From Phyllobacteriaceae bacterium (lineage in GTDB: Bacteria > Pseudomonadota > Alphaproteobacteria > Rhizobiales > Rhizobiaceae), in assembly GCA_002708825.1 (NCBI GenBank), contig PAPF01000030.1, forward strand, positions 59,365 through 123,364: DNA of 64,000 nucleotides. Direction: 5' to 3'. A program made the position numbers and the translations under genes. Positions 9,667 to 19,909 of the stretch are shown here, piece by piece. The number at the start of each line of letters is the position of its first letter. Within the stretch, counting starts at the first letter, position 1. The notes under the pieces are model-generated. The model saw only the letters and a list, made by a program, of their open reading frames with translations, was not told the origin of the DNA and did no database searches.

Positions 9667-9926
9667 AAATCCTGGGCTTTTTCCGGAAGCGGGCGTCCGC
9701 CTCGGCGGCGCGGGAACGGCTTCAGATACTCCTTGCCCACGAACGGGCATCCGTCAGCGGTTTCGATCTCGTCGCGGTCCTGCGCGAGGAAATCCTCGCC
9801 GTGATCGCCAAGCATGTTCAGGTCGACAGCCGTCATGTGCGCGTCAAGATGGAACGCGGCATGCCGGTCTCGACCCTCGAGGTGGATGTCGAGATTCCCT
9901 TCGACGCGCGCGCACGGGCGGCTTGA
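9663..9926 (+). CDS. minE: cell division topological specificity factor MinE
   Basis: ATG 9663 overlaps the minD stop (ATGA). [28 protein letters not shown] is a typical MinE N-terminus. Confidence 0.9.
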   Translation: MKILGFFRKRASASAARERLQILLAHERASVSGFDLVAVLREEILAVIAKHVQVDSRHVRVKMERGMPVSTLEVDVEIPFDARARAA

Positions 9927-9976
9927 CCGCCCGGCATCAAGGTTCATGCGCCCCCGGGCGGAGGAAGGCATGGCAG

Positions 9977-10012
9977 GGCCCCGGACAGATGCTGTCCGGG
10001 GCCTTGGTTTTT
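9977..10012 (+). terminator. Rho-independent terminator after minE
   Basis: 12-bp stem GGCCCCGGACAG-atg-CTGTCCGGGGCC followed by TTGGTTTTT. Confidence 0.75.
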
Positions 10013-10041
10013 CCGGGCGGCGGGCGATGCCGGATGCCGGT

Positions 10042-10368
10042 TCAGTCCACCCCTTCCAGGTCCAGCACCAGTTCCGGCCGCTTCTCGATCAGCGAGAGCA
10101 GCTTGCGCGCCGGACCGGTCGGATAGCGCCGCCCCTGCTCCCAGTTGCGCAGCGTGGTGACCGGAATGCCGAGCTTGGTGGCGAAGCCTTCCTGCGTCAG
10201 CTTCAGCTTCTTGCGCAGCTTGGCCACATCAGGCACCTCGATCTCGAAGGTGTGGACGGTGACCTTCGAATCATCGCCCTTGAACCACATGTAGGCTTGC
10301 TCAAGTGACTCCGCGAGATCGGCAGCTTCCTGTTCCGGTGTCTTCAGTCTCTTGATAGCCATGGTCAA
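10042..10368 (-). CDS. HTH (XRE/COG2944-like) antitoxin
   Basis: 108 aa. C-terminal HTH ...LKLTQEGFATKLGIPVTTLRNWEQGRRYPTGPARKLLSLIEKRPE, typical of HigA-2/NadS-type antitoxins. The start overlaps the upstream gene's stop by 4 nt. Confidence 0.85.
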   Translation of the reverse strand: MTMAIKRLKTPEQEAADLAESLEQAYMWFKGDDSKVTVHTFEIEVPDVAKLRKKLKLTQEGFATKLGIPVTTLRNWEQGRRYPTGPARKLLSLIEKRPELVLDLEGVD

Positions 10369-10685
10369 AATCCGAACAGTCTCTTGATGCGGTTGATATG
10401 ATCGATCGCGTCCATCGCCTTGCGCAACAGGTTGGGCGCGGCTGGTGACGGAGGCCGCGCCGTCAGGAACACAACCCTTGAGATGTCGTCACTCAGGGCA
10501 TAGGTCAATTCCAGGCCTCCTGTCGTCCAGCGGCGCAATCCCTGTTCCCCGTGAACCGGCTTGCCGATGACCGGGTCGGACTGAACCTGTGCGAACGCAC
10601 GCAGCCTGTTCTTCCTCTCCAGCCCGTACATCGCACAATCGAGCTTGAAGCGCTCGGTCTCCGCGATCTCGATCCTCAGTGTCAT
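10365..10685 (-). CDS. putative toxin of a toxin-first type II TA pair (HigB-2/RelE-like; family tentative)
   Basis: 106 aa from MTLRIEIAETERF. ATGA overlap with the antitoxin. Size and order fit a HigBA-type module. Weak resemblance to HigB-2 (TE.F...DP.IG..V.G..GLRR). An alternative start at 10709 would run into the operator repeats. Confidence 0.55.
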   Translation of the reverse strand: MTLRIEIAETERFKLDCAMYGLERKNRLRAFAQVQSDPVIGKPVHGEQGLRRWTTGGLELTYALSDDISRVVFLTARPPSPAAPNLLRKAMDAIDHINRIKRLFGF

Positions 10686-10701
10686 GCACAGGCCCATCAT
10701 A

Positions 10702-10750
10702 TACGCCATTGGCGCAGTAACTTCAATGGCAATCTACGCCATTGGCGCAG
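10702..10750. promoter_or_regulatory. two identical 16-bp repeats (candidate TA operators)
   Basis: TACGCCATTGGCGCAG occurs at 10702..10717 and 10735..10750, 33 bp apart. Each contains the inverted repeat CGCCA-T-TGGCG. An inverted half-site CAATGGC lies between them. All sit just upstream of the toxin ATG. Confidence 0.5.
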
Positions 10751-10863
10751 AAATACGCATCCCTCAAGGCTTGAAAAAAGGTTGTCCTGAAAGAATGCGG
10801 CAACCAGAATATGCAACATGAAACGGGCTGACAAGGCGTTCCGCGCGCACTATTCTCCCTCCC

Positions 10864-12054
10864 ATGTTCATACCCTTCTTCCTTGAACTCAAGGCCGCCA
10901 AGATCCCCGTTTCCCTGCGCGAGTTTCTCTCGCTTCTCGAAGGCATGGAAGCCGGGCTTGTCACCTATGACGTCGAGGGCTTCTATTATCTCGCCCGCAC
11001 GGCACTGGTGAAGGACGAGCGCTATATCGACCGTTTCGACCAGGTTTTCTCCCATGCCTTCAAGGGTGTCGAAGCGGTCTCGGGCGAGGGCGCGGTGGAC
11101 GTGATGAACCTGCCGGAGGAATGGCTCCGCCGGCTGGCCGACAAGCACCTCACCGACGAGGAAAAGAAGCTGGTCGAAAGCCTGGGCGGCTTCGAAAAGC
11201 TGATGGAGACGCTGAAACAGCGGCTGGAGGAACAGAAGGGCCGCCACCAGGGCGGCTCCAAGTGGATCGGCACGGCCGGAACCTCGCCTTTTGGCGCCTA
11301 TGGCTACAACCCCGAGGGTGTGCGTATCGGCCAGCATGAAAGCCGGCACCGCCGCGCCGTGAAGGTCTGGGACAAGCGCGAATTCAGGAATTTCGACGAC
11401 GGCGTCGAGATCGGCACGCGCAACATCAAGGTCGCGCTCAAACGCCTGCGCCGCTGGGTCCGCGAGGGGGCAGAGGAGGAGTTCGACCTGCCCGGTACCA
11501 TCCGCGCCACCGCCGAGCACGGCTATCTTGACCCGCAGACACGGCCCGAACGGCGCAACGCCGTCAAGCTCCTGATGTTCTTCGATGTCGGCGGCTCCAT
11601 GGACGACCACATCCGCGTCGTCGAGGAACTGTTCTCAGCCGCCCGCGCCGAATTCAAGCACATGGACTATTTCTACTTCCACAATTGCCTCTACGAGGGC
11701 CTGTGGAAGGACAACCGCCGGCGCCATTCCGAGGTCATGCCCACCTTCGACGTGCTCCACAAGTACGGACCCGACTACAAGGTGATCTTCGTCGGCGATG
11801 CGTCCATGAGCCCCTACGAGATCGCCTATGCCGGCGGGTCGGTGGAGCACTGGAACGCCGAGCCGGGCGCCGTCTGGCTGCAACGCGCGCTGGCGCAATG
11901 GCCGAATGCCGCATGGATCAACCCGGTACGCAAGGCCCATTGGGACTACACCCATTCCATCCGCATGATCCGCGACATCTTTTCCGACCGCATGTATCCC
12001 CTCACCCTCAAGGGTCTCGAGGAGGCAACCCGGCAGCTCAGCCGCAAGCACTGA
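10864..12054 (+). CDS. VWA domain-containing CoxE-like protein (usual MoxR partner)
   Basis: 396 aa. N-terminus MFIPFFLELKAAKIPVSLREFLSLLEGM. VWA MIDAS-like segment FFDVGGSMDDH. Confidence 0.85.
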   Translation: MFIPFFLELKAAKIPVSLREFLSLLEGMEAGLVTYDVEGFYYLARTALVKDERYIDRFDQVFSHAFKGVEAVSGEGAVDVMNLPEEWLRRLADKHLTDEEKKLVESLGGFEKLMETLKQRLEEQKGRHQGGSKWIGTAGTSPFGAYGYNPEGVRIGQHESRHRRAVKVWDKREFRNFDDGVEIGTRNIKVALKRLRRWVREGAEEEFDLPGTIRATAEHGYLDPQTRPERRNAVKLLMFFDVGGSMDDHIRVVEELFSAARAEFKHMDYFYFHNCLYEGLWKDNRRRHSEVMPTFDVLHKYGPDYKVIFVGDASMSPYEIAYAGGSVEHWNAEPGAVWLQRALAQWPNAAWINPVRKAHWDYTHSIRMIRDIFSDRMYPLTLKGLEEATRQLSRKH

Positions 12055-12157
12055 ACCGCGGCCGGGCTGCGTTTCACCTGCCGCAGCCTGTCCGGTTCGC
12101 CGCTATTGCATAACATTCGAATATGACGCTAGACGGTGAGCCGACCTCAGCCGGGGA

Positions 12158-14179
12158 ATGCCGTTCGTCATGAAATACCGCTCGGAAATCGATGGGCTGC
12201 GCGCATTCGCGGTCGTCCCCGTCATCCTGTTTCACGCCGGCGCTTCCGTTTTTTCCGGAGGCTATGCCGGCGTCGACGTCTTCTTCGTCATCTCGGGCTA
12301 TCTCATCGCCGGCATCCTGATCGACGACATGGAGGCTGGCCGGTTCTCGATCTGGCGGTTCTACGAGCGGCGCATCAGGCGCATCGCGCCGGCGCTGGCC
12401 GTGGTCGTGATGGCCTGCATCCCTTTCGCCTGGATGTGGATGTTTCCCTCCGACTTCAAGTATTTCGGCCTTGCCGCCGGGGCCGCGGCCATATCGCTGA
12501 GCAATTTCGTCTTCTGGCAGCGCGCCGGCTATTTCGACACGGCAGCCGAACTCAAGCCCCTGCTTCACACATGGAGCCTTGGCGTCGAGGAACAGTTCTA
12601 TCTCCTCTTCCCGCTGCTTCTCCTGGCCTTCTGGCGCCTTGGCTGGCGGCGTTTCGGTGCAATCCTGCTGGCGATTTGCGTGGTCAGCCTGATCCTCGCC
12701 GAGGCCACGGTCAGGCGATGGCCCGATGCTGCCTTCTACCTGCCCCATACACGGATCTGGGAACTGGGCGCGGGCGTTCTGTGCGCCATTGCCGAACGCA
12801 AGACGCGATTGCCGAACATCCCGCTCGCCGGACTCGCCGGTCTCCTTGCCGTGGCTCTTTCCATGGTCATGCTGGGACGCTCCACGCCATGGCCGTCGCT
12901 GTGGACCCTGCTGCCGGTGGGCGGCACGGCATTGGTCATCCTGTTCGCCCGCGCCGGCACGCCGGCCGCGCGCATCCTTTCCTTTTCGCCCTTCGTCTGG
13001 ATCGGTCTCGTCAGCTACAGCGCCTATCTGTGGCACCAGCCCCTGTTCGCCTTCGCCCGCATTCGCAGCGCCGGCGATCCGCCGGCCTGGATCATGGCCG
13101 CGCTCTGTGCCGCCACTTTCATCCTCGCTTTCGCAAGCTGGCGCTACGTCGAGAAGCCCTTCCGCAACCCGGCGAGCCGGCTCTACGGCAACCGCCGCAC
13201 GGTTTTCGCCGGGGCGGGCGTGGCGATCGCCCTGTTTGCCGGCTTCGGCCTGACGGCGATCGCCACCGAAGGCCTGCCTGGACGTCTGCCACCCGATCTG
13301 CGGGAACTGGCAACGCTGCATGCGCGTGAAAGCGCGGCGCTCGCACCTTGCCGCCTGCTCGATCCGGCTGTCGATATCGAGGCCCGTACCTGCGTCTTCG
13401 GCCAGGAAGGAAAACCGCCGGCCTTCGGGCTGCTGGGCGACAGCCACGCCATGGGAATAGCCCGGACGCTCGGTGCGAAACTCGGTGAACAGGGCGCCGC
13501 CATGCGCCAGTTGACCTATCCCGGCTGCATGCCTGTCCTCGGCCTGCGCCGCGCCGCCGACAACAACAGGTGCGTGGAGTTCAACCAGGGCTACGCCGAC
13601 TATCTCGAAGGCGACGGGACGCCCGAAACCCTGATCATCCTCGCCCACTGGGCCCTCTACGTGAACGGCATCCAGTACGACAATGGCGAAGGCGGCAAGG
13701 CGCGCGGCCCGGAAGGCTTCTATATTCCCGTCGATGAACCCGACAACTTCCGCTGGAGCCCGAACCGCCTGCGCGCCCTGCAAGCCGCGCTGGACCGGAC
13801 CATCCGCCGTCATCTCGATGCCGGAAAGCGTGTCGCGCTCGTCTATCCCGTACCCGAAGCGGGTTGGGATGTGCCCGCGAAACTGGGCGCGGACCTGCTC
13901 AACGGCGTGCGAAACGGGCAATCGCTATCGACAAGCTACGAACGCTTCCTGGAACGGGTGCGCCCGGTCCATGCCCTCTTCGACGCCGTTCCGGCCGATC
14001 CCGGCCTCATTCGCATCCGGCCTGAGGAAGTCTTCTGCGACATGCAAGCGGACGGGCGCTGCCAGCTGGTCCTGGACGGCAAGCCCGCCTATCACGACGA
14101 ACACCACCTGTCCGGACCGGGTGCGGACCTCTTGTCCGGCCACATCGTCCGCCGGCTCAAGGAAAAGGGCTGGCTCTGA
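12158..14179 (+). CDS. OafA/YrhL-type acyltransferase-3 membrane protein with C-terminal SGNH domain
   Basis: 673 aa. YRSEIDGLRAFAVVPVILFHAG...VDVFFVISGYLI. A multi-TM N-terminal half and a soluble C-terminal half (LLGDSHAM). Alternative start at ATG 12170 (MKYRSEIDG). Confidence 0.9.
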   Translation: MPFVMKYRSEIDGLRAFAVVPVILFHAGASVFSGGYAGVDVFFVISGYLIAGILIDDMEAGRFSIWRFYERRIRRIAPALAVVVMACIPFAWMWMFPSDFKYFGLAAGAAAISLSNFVFWQRAGYFDTAAELKPLLHTWSLGVEEQFYLLFPLLLLAFWRLGWRRFGAILLAICVVSLILAEATVRRWPDAAFYLPHTRIWELGAGVLCAIAERKTRLPNIPLAGLAGLLAVALSMVMLGRSTPWPSLWTLLPVGGTALVILFARAGTPAARILSFSPFVWIGLVSYSAYLWHQPLFAFARIRSAGDPPAWIMAALCAATFILAFASWRYVEKPFRNPASRLYGNRRTVFAGAGVAIALFAGFGLTAIATEGLPGRLPPDLRELATLHARESAALAPCRLLDPAVDIEARTCVFGQEGKPPAFGLLGDSHAMGIARTLGAKLGEQGAAMRQLTYPGCMPVLGLRRAADNNRCVEFNQGYADYLEGDGTPETLIILAHWALYVNGIQYDNGEGGKARGPEGFYIPVDEPDNFRWSPNRLRALQAALDRTIRRHLDAGKRVALVYPVPEAGWDVPAKLGADLLNGVRNGQSLSTSYERFLERVRPVHALFDAVPADPGLIRIRPEEVFCDMQADGRCQLVLDGKPAYHDEHHLSGPGADLLSGHIVRRLKEKGWL

Positions 14180-14194
14180 AAGAACCAGCCCTTT
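14161..14194 (-). terminator. hairpin between convergent oafA-like gene and gapR
   Basis: AAGGGCTGG...CCAGCCCTT stem, followed by TTTTCC on the minus strand. Overlaps the acyltransferase stop codon. Confidence 0.4.
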
Positions 14195-14224
14195 CACGGG
14201 GAATACCGGTTCGGGAAGAACGCG

Positions 14225-14482
14225 TCACGCCATGCCGAGCGCGGCCTTGTAGAGTTCCAGCATGGCTTCCTGCTCCTGGCGCTCGTTGGCATCCTGCTTG
14301 CGCAGCCGCACGATGGTGCGCAGCGCCTTGGTGTCGAAGCCGTTGCCTTTCGCCTCGGCATAGACATCCTTGATGTCGTCGGAAATGGTCTTCTTTTCTT
14401 CCTCCAGCCGCTCGATGCGCTCGATGATCGAGCGAAGCTGGCCGGCGGCTACGGTTTCGGATTCGGCTGTGATGTCGTCCAC
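14225..14482 (-). CDS. gapR: DUF2312 / GapR-like nucleoid-associated protein
   Basis: Conserved [49 protein letters not shown]. Best start is GTG at 14482, preceded by GGAGA 7 nt upstream. The track ORF starts at 14518. Confidence 0.85.
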   Translation of the reverse strand: MDDITAESETVAAGQLRSIIERIERLEEEKKTISDDIKDVYAEAKGNGFDTKALRTIVRLRKQDANERQEQEAMLELYKAALGMA

Positions 14483-14620
14483 GGGAAATCTCCGGATGGT
14501 TTGCCCGACAGGGTGCAAGGGGGAATCGCGGGCAGTTCAGGTGGCCCTGTCGATGCCGCAGCCGGACGGCTTGGTCAAGCACCGGCGTGACGCCATGTGG
14601 AAACCGGGGAAAGTCGCCGG

Positions 14621-14925
<305 letters not shown>

Positions 14926-14929
<4 letters not shown>

Positions 14930-15744
14930 GAGGGCTCTCCCTTTTCCACCGATCCGGTTCGCGAACCGTAATGGCGCGCCACATGGATATCGGGCAGCCG
15001 GTTGATCGCGTCAAGCATCGGTGCCATGCGGTTGGCCCATTCCTCCTGCCCCGTCTCGTCGGCGATCAGGTCCTGCCGGATCTCGATCAGCAGATGGGCA
15101 AAGCCCGGCCGGATGGCGTGGGTATACATCGTGTCGCCCTTCAGTGCGCCGTCATAGGGTTCGTTGTCGCCCACGATCAGGCCGGGCTCGGCGCAAAGCA
15201 TCTCCATCAGCGGGCGCACGGCCCGGTCGTCGCTGTCCCACAGGATGCCCGCGTGCCATGGCCGCGCCCGGCCCTGCATTTCCGGCGTGAAGGAATGGAT
15301 GGAGACGATGAACGGCGCATTGCCCGGCCCCTTGCGCTGGACCGCGGCGATGCGCTCCCACACCGCTGCATGGTAGGGCCTGTAGAAATGCGACAGGCGC
15401 CGTTCCCGCTCCGCGTCGCTCATCGGGTAGTTCCCCGGAATGATCGTGCCGTCATAGAGTTGGCGGATCAGCGTGGGATCGTCGGCACCGCGATTGGGAT
15501 CGATCAGCAGGCGCGAGAAGCCGGCCATCACCGCCGGGGCTCCGAGCAATGTGGCGAGCTTGCGCGTCACCGCCTCGACCCCGATGTCATAGGCGATGTG
15601 CCGCTGGAACTCCCATTCCGGCAGCCCGAGCGAACCGTATTCGGCCGGCAGGTCGCGCCGGGCATGGTCGGCGACAAGCACGAGGCCGAGGCTGTCATCG
15701 CCTTCAATCGTGACAAAGGTTTCAAAACGTCGGGGAGCGGTCAT
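14926..15744 (-). CDS. N-formylglutamate amidohydrolase family protein
   Basis: 272 aa from MTAPRRFETF (ATG at 15744). ...LVADHARRDLP...SRLLIDPNR...SIHSFTP motifs. 4-nt overlap with the DUF1244 start. The track ORF extension to 16437 is not credible. Confidence 0.85.
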
Positions 15745-15942
15745 GGCAGGGGCAGGGCGGCCGGGCGGCCGCATCCATTCGCGGGGTTGACGGACAGGCG
15801 GGACATTTGCGCCCCTTTCTAAACAAACTTGCGGCCAAGAAGTAGGCTGCGTTGACATGCCCGTCCACATTTCCCAAAAAAGAACGGCGGTTGGCGCTAT
15901 GCAACACGGTGTGACCCTTCGCGGGCGGGTACAGGTCAGGCA

Positions 15943-16416
15943 ATGAGATCGGCGGCTTTTCGGGGGGGTGCTTCGGCGGCGATCTGGGCCGCGGCCACCT
16001 TTATGGCGTCCCTGGCGATGACCGGCCAGGCGCGTGCCGACTTCCGCGTGTGCAACGCCACGCAGAACCTCGTCGGCGTGGCCATCGGATACCGCGCCGC
16101 CTCCGGCTGGATCACCGAAGGCTGGTGGCACATCGAGGCGTCCAGCTGCAAGACGCTTGTTGAGGGGGACCTGTCCTCGCGCTACTACTATCTCTATGCG
16201 GAGGACGCCGAGCGCGGCGGGCGCTGGGACGGGCCGATCACCATGTGCGTCGCCGACAAGGAGTTCAAGATCGTCGGCATCAACGACTGCTTCGCCCGTG
16301 GCTTCCAGCGCGCCGGATTCCAGGAATACGACACCGGAGAGCAGGCAAACTGGATGGTGCAATTGACCGACGAACCCGCCATCCCGACCACGCCCGGCAC
16401 CGCGCCGAGCAACTGA
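15943..16416 (+). CDS. DUF1036 domain protein (exported)
   Basis: 157 aa. Signal peptide, then DFRVCNATQNLVGVAIGY...GWW.I..SSC. Its usual neighbour is pyk. Confidence 0.8.
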   Translation: MRSAAFRGGASAAIWAAATFMASLAMTGQARADFRVCNATQNLVGVAIGYRAASGWITEGWWHIEASSCKTLVEGDLSSRYYYLYAEDAERGGRWDGPITMCVADKEFKIVGINDCFARGFQRAGFQEYDTGEQANWMVQLTDEPAIPTTPGTAPSN

Positions 16417-16456
16417 CCCCCGCGCTTTGCCCGTCATATGGATGTCGCCAATCCGG

Positions 16457-16485
16457 TTGACCCTGTTCGCCGCTTCAATTAAAAC
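16457..16485 (+). promoter_or_regulatory. sigma70-like promoter candidate for pyk
   Basis: TTGACC (16457..16462), 17-nt spacer, TAAAAC (16480..16485), in an AT-rich patch about 25 nt before the ORF. Confidence 0.3.
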
Positions 16486-16506
16486 GATTTAAACTTCAAT
16501 GTCCGG

Positions 16507-17961
16507 ATGGAATTCATGGATAGCGTGAGACGAAACCGCAAGGCCAAGGTCGTGGCAACGCTTGGCCCGGCCTCCTCGTCGAAGGAAATGATCGAGAAAC
16601 TGAGCCGCGCAGGCGCCGATGTCTTCCGCATCAACATGAGCCATGCGAGCCATGACCTGATGCGCGATCTCGTCGCGCGGATCCGGGATGTCGAGGCCTC
16701 TGTCGGACGTCCCATCGCGATCCTGGGCGACCTTCAGGGGCCAAAGCTGCGCGTCGGCCTGTTCGCCGAGGGCAAGGTTGCGCTTGAACCCGGCCAGACA
16801 TTCATCCTCGACAACAATCCCGAACCCGGCGACGCCAGCCGCATTCACCTGCCCCATCCCGAGATCCTTGCCTCCGTCGAGCCCGGCCACCGCCTGCTGG
16901 TCGACGACGGCAAGCTGCAATTGAAGGCCGTCTCCACCGAACCGGGCAGAATCACCTGCACCGTGGTCACCGGAACGAGGATTTCCGACCGCAAGGGCGT
17001 TTCGCTGCCGGACACGGACCTGCCCGTCGGCGCGCTGACCGACAAGGACCGGTCCGACCTGCAGGCCCTGCTGGAAACCGGCGTCGACTGGATCGCTTTG
17101 TCCTTCATCCAGCGCCCGGAAGACCTGGCCGAAGTGCGCAAGATCGCCCGCGGCCGCGCCGGCATCCTCTCCAAGATCGAGAAGCCGCAGGCCGTGCATC
17201 GCCTCGCCGAGATCATCGAACTGTCCGACGCCATCATGGTTGCCCGCGGCGATCTCGGCGTCGAGATGCCCATCGAATCGGTCCCCGGCCTGCAGAAGCA
17301 GATCACCCGCACCTGCCGGCGCGAGGGCAAACCGGTGGTCGTCGCCACGCAGATGCTGGAAAGCATGATCTCCGCCCCAGTGCCGACACGCGCCGAGGTA
17401 TCCGATGTCGCCACGGCGCTTTTCGAGGGCGCCGACGCGGTCATGCTGTCGGCCGAATCGGCGGCCGGCGACTACCCGGAAGAGGCCGTGGCCATGATGG
17501 ATTCCATCGCCCGGCAGGTCGAGCGCGACCCCACCTACCCCGGCATCATCGCTGCGCAGCGCTCCGAGCCCGAATCCACGGGCGCCGACGCCATTGCCGC
17601 CGCGGCCCGCCAGATTGCTGAAACGCTGAACCTCTCGGCCATCGTCTGCTACACCTCCTCGGGCACCACCGGCCTGCGCGCCTCGCGCGAGCGCCCCATG
17701 GTCCCCGTCATCGCCCTGTCGCCAATCCCGGAGACCGCGCGCCGCCTGACTCTTGCCTGGGGTTTGCACTGCGTCGTCACCGAGGATGCCCGCAACGAGG
17801 ATGACATGGTCGACCGCGCCTGCTCGATCGCCTATCGCGACGGCTTCGGCAAGGCCGGCAGCCGCGTCATCATCACGGCCGGCGTGCCCTTCGGCACACC
17901 AGGGTCAACCAACATGTTGCGTATCGCCTATATCGGGTCGGACGGCCACGGCGGCGTCTGA
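16507..17961 (+). CDS. pyk: pyruvate kinase
   Basis: 484 aa. RKAKVVATLGPAS...FRINMSHASH...MVARGDLGVEMP. Alternative start at MDSV (16516). Confidence 0.95.
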   Translation: MEFMDSVRRNRKAKVVATLGPASSSKEMIEKLSRAGADVFRINMSHASHDLMRDLVARIRDVEASVGRPIAILGDLQGPKLRVGLFAEGKVALEPGQTFILDNNPEPGDASRIHLPHPEILASVEPGHRLLVDDGKLQLKAVSTEPGRITCTVVTGTRISDRKGVSLPDTDLPVGALTDKDRSDLQALLETGVDWIALSFIQRPEDLAEVRKIARGRAGILSKIEKPQAVHRLAEIIELSDAIMVARGDLGVEMPIESVPGLQKQITRTCRREGKPVVVATQMLESMISAPVPTRAEVSDVATALFEGADAVMLSAESAAGDYPEEAVAMMDSIARQVERDPTYPGIIAAQRSEPESTGADAIAAAARQIAETLNLSAIVCYTSSGTTGLRASRERPMVPVIALSPIPETARRLTLAWGLHCVVTEDARNEDDMVDRACSIAYRDGFGKAGSRVIITAGVPFGTPGSTNMLRIAYIGSDGHGGV

Positions 17962-18702
17962 GGCCTCCCTCCCTTCCTCTTCCGAGAGGATGACCTCGGC
18001 GAGGTTCGCCGCCCATGCGCGGTAGCCTGCGGCGCTCGCATGGAAGCCGTCATGCGAAAAGCCTTCCGGCTGCACATCCTGCAAGGCTGCGACAAGGCAG
18101 GCGCCGCGCTCGTTGCACAGCCGCCCGGCCTTGGCGTTGAAGGCATCGGCGCGGATGTCGAGAATGCGTGCCAGCACCCAGGGCATGGCCGGAACGCGGC
18201 GCATGTCGATCATTTCCGGCCAGTAGATGCGGGCATGCGGAAACCGCGTCCTGACCGCATAGACCAGCGTTCCGAAATCCCGCTTGAAGCGCGGCAGCGT
18301 GTGGAAATTCTTCATGTCGTTGGTGCCGAGCGACAGCACCACATGCGTCCAGTCGCGCGGCTCCACATGCGGCACGACATGGTCGCGCACCTGCGCCGCG
18401 ACGGCGGAATTCGCCCCGGCGGCACGACAGGTCACGGGCCGTCCCGTCCGCTCGGCAAGCATGGCGGAAAGCTGTCCGGCCAGCGAGTCGGCGAACCGGT
18501 CCACGCCGACGCCTGCCGCGGAGGAATCGCCGATCACCAGCAGCCGGTACGGTTCACCGGTTCCCGCGATGGAGCCTTCCGGTCCGTCTTCTGGCGGGCT
18601 GAGCCGCTGCGTGCGCAACCGTGTGGCGATACCCTGCCAGGCGTAGACCGGGTAGAGCGGCCAGGTCATGAGCGGAGCCCAGGCGGGATAGCGCCGCGCC
18701 AT
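17905..18702 (-). CDS. SGNH/GDSL hydrolase family protein
   Basis: Start MARRYPAW (ATG at 18702). LLVIGDSSAAGVG block I and a terminal DGFH block. The 3' end overlaps the convergent pyk by 57 nt. Confidence 0.75.
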   Translation of the reverse strand: MARRYPAWAPLMTWPLYPVYAWQGIATRLRTQRLSPPEDGPEGSIAGTGEPYRLLVIGDSSAAGVGVDRFADSLAGQLSAMLAERTGRPVTCRAAGANSAVAAQVRDHVVPHVEPRDWTHVVLSLGTNDMKNFHTLPRFKRDFGTLVYAVRTRFPHARIYWPEMIDMRRVPAMPWVLARILDIRADAFNAKAGRLCNERGACLVAALQDVQPEGFSHDGFHASAAGYRAWAANLAEVILSEEEGREASDAAVAVRPDIGDTQHVG

Positions 18703-18712
18703 GCCGGCCCCC

Positions 18713-19909
18713 TCAGTGCTTGAGCGCTTCCACGCCCGGCAGGGCCTTGCCTTCCATCCATTCCAGGAAGGCGCCGCCGGCGGTGGAAACATAGGTGAAC
18801 TGGCCGGCCACGCCGGCATGGTTGAGCGCGGCCACCGTATCGCCGCCGCCCGCCACCGAGACGAGTTCGCCCGCGCTGGTGCGTTCCGCCGCCGCGCGGG
18901 CCGCTGCCACGGTCGCCGCGTCGAACGGCGTGATCTCGAAGGCGCCGAGCGGCCCGTTCCACACCACTGTCGCCGCCTTGCCGATCCACGACTTGATGTC
19001 TTCCACCGAGGCCGGACCGGTGTCCAGGATCATGGTGTCGGAGGGCACCGCATCCACGGAAACCACGCTGCTCTCGGCATTGGCGGCGAATTCCTTTGCC
19101 ACCACCGCGTCGGTGGGCAGCACGATGGTCGAACCGGCCTTGTCGGCCGCCGCCATGATGGCGCGCGCCGTGTCGGCAAGGTCATGCTCGCACAGCGACT
19201 TGCCCACGTCCTTGCCCTGGGCGGCCAGGAAGGTATTGGCCATGCCGCCGCCGATCACGAGTGCGTCGACCCGGGTGACGAGGTTCTGCAACAGGTCGAT
19301 CTTGGTGGACACCTTGGCCCCGCCGACAATGGCCACCACGGGGCGTGCCGGATTGCCGAGGCCCTTTTCCAACGCTTCCAGTTCGGCCTGCATGGTGCGC
19401 CCGGCATAGGCAGGAAGCTTGTGCGCCAGGCCCTCGGTCGAGGCATGGGCACGGTGCGCCGCCGAGAAGGCGTCGTTCACGTAGAGGTCGCCATTGGCCG
19501 CCAGCGCGTCCACGAAATCCGGCAGGTTCTTCTCCTCGCCCTTGTGAAAGCGGGTGTTCTCCAGCAGCAGGATGTCGCCATTGTTCATGCGCCCGATGGC
19601 GCCCTGCGCCTCCGCGCCCACCGTTTCCGGTTCGAAGACGACGCGCTGGTCGAGCACCTGCTCGATGGCCGGCGCAATCGGCCTGAGCGACATGTCGGGC
19701 ACGGCTTCGCCCTTCGGCCGCCCGAAATGGGCCAGCAGGATGACCTTGGCGCCCTTGGCGGACAGCTCCGAAATGGTCGGCGCCACGCGTTCGATCCGGG
19801 TCGTGTCGGTCACCACGCCGTCCTTCACCGGAACGTTGATGTCCACGCGCACCAGTACTCGCTTGCCGGCGATATCGCCCATGTCGTCGATGGTCCTGAA
19901 GGCGGCCAT
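18713..19909 (-). CDS. pgk: phosphoglycerate kinase
   Basis: 398 aa from [27 protein letters not shown] (ATG at 19909, with GGAGGG upstream). The track ORF begins at an upstream TTG. Confidence 0.97.
   Translation of the reverse strand: MAAFRTIDDMGDIAGKRVLVRVDINVPVKDGVVTDTTRIERVAPTISELSAKGAKVILLAHFGRPKGEAVPDMSLRPIAPAIEQVLDQRVVFEPETVGAEAQGAIGRMNNGDILLLENTRFHKGEEKNLPDFVDALAANGDLYVNDAFSAAHRAHASTEGLAHKLPAYAGRTMQAELEALEKGLGNPARPVVAIVGGAKVSTKIDLLQNLVTRVDALVIGGGMANTFLAAQGKDVGKSLCEHDLADTARAIMAAADKAGSTIVLPTDAVVAKEFAANAESSVVSVDAVPSDTMILDTGPASVEDIKSWIGKAATVVWNGPLGAFEITPFDAATVAAARAAAERTSAGELVSVAGGGDTVAALNHAGVAGQFTYVSTAGGAFLEWMEGKALPGVEALKH

Noticed and set aside
8125-9750. 541-aa ORF antisense to minC/minD. 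Similar long antisense ORFs occur at 3324..4628, 12074..13921, 25775..27901, 29670..31274, 46377..48323 and 53138..55501.
   Set aside because: Each lies opposite a gene with unambiguous family signatures (MinD, MoxR, acyltransferase, ABC-F, ThiP, histidine kinase, molybdopterin subunit). The translations have no motifs and a biased R/G/A/P composition, so they are GC artefacts.
16479-16492. TTAAAACGATTTAA upstream of pyk, considered as a CtrA box
   Set aside because: The spacing is TTAA-N6-TTAA, not N7. It more likely just forms part of the AT-rich -10 region of the pyk promoter.
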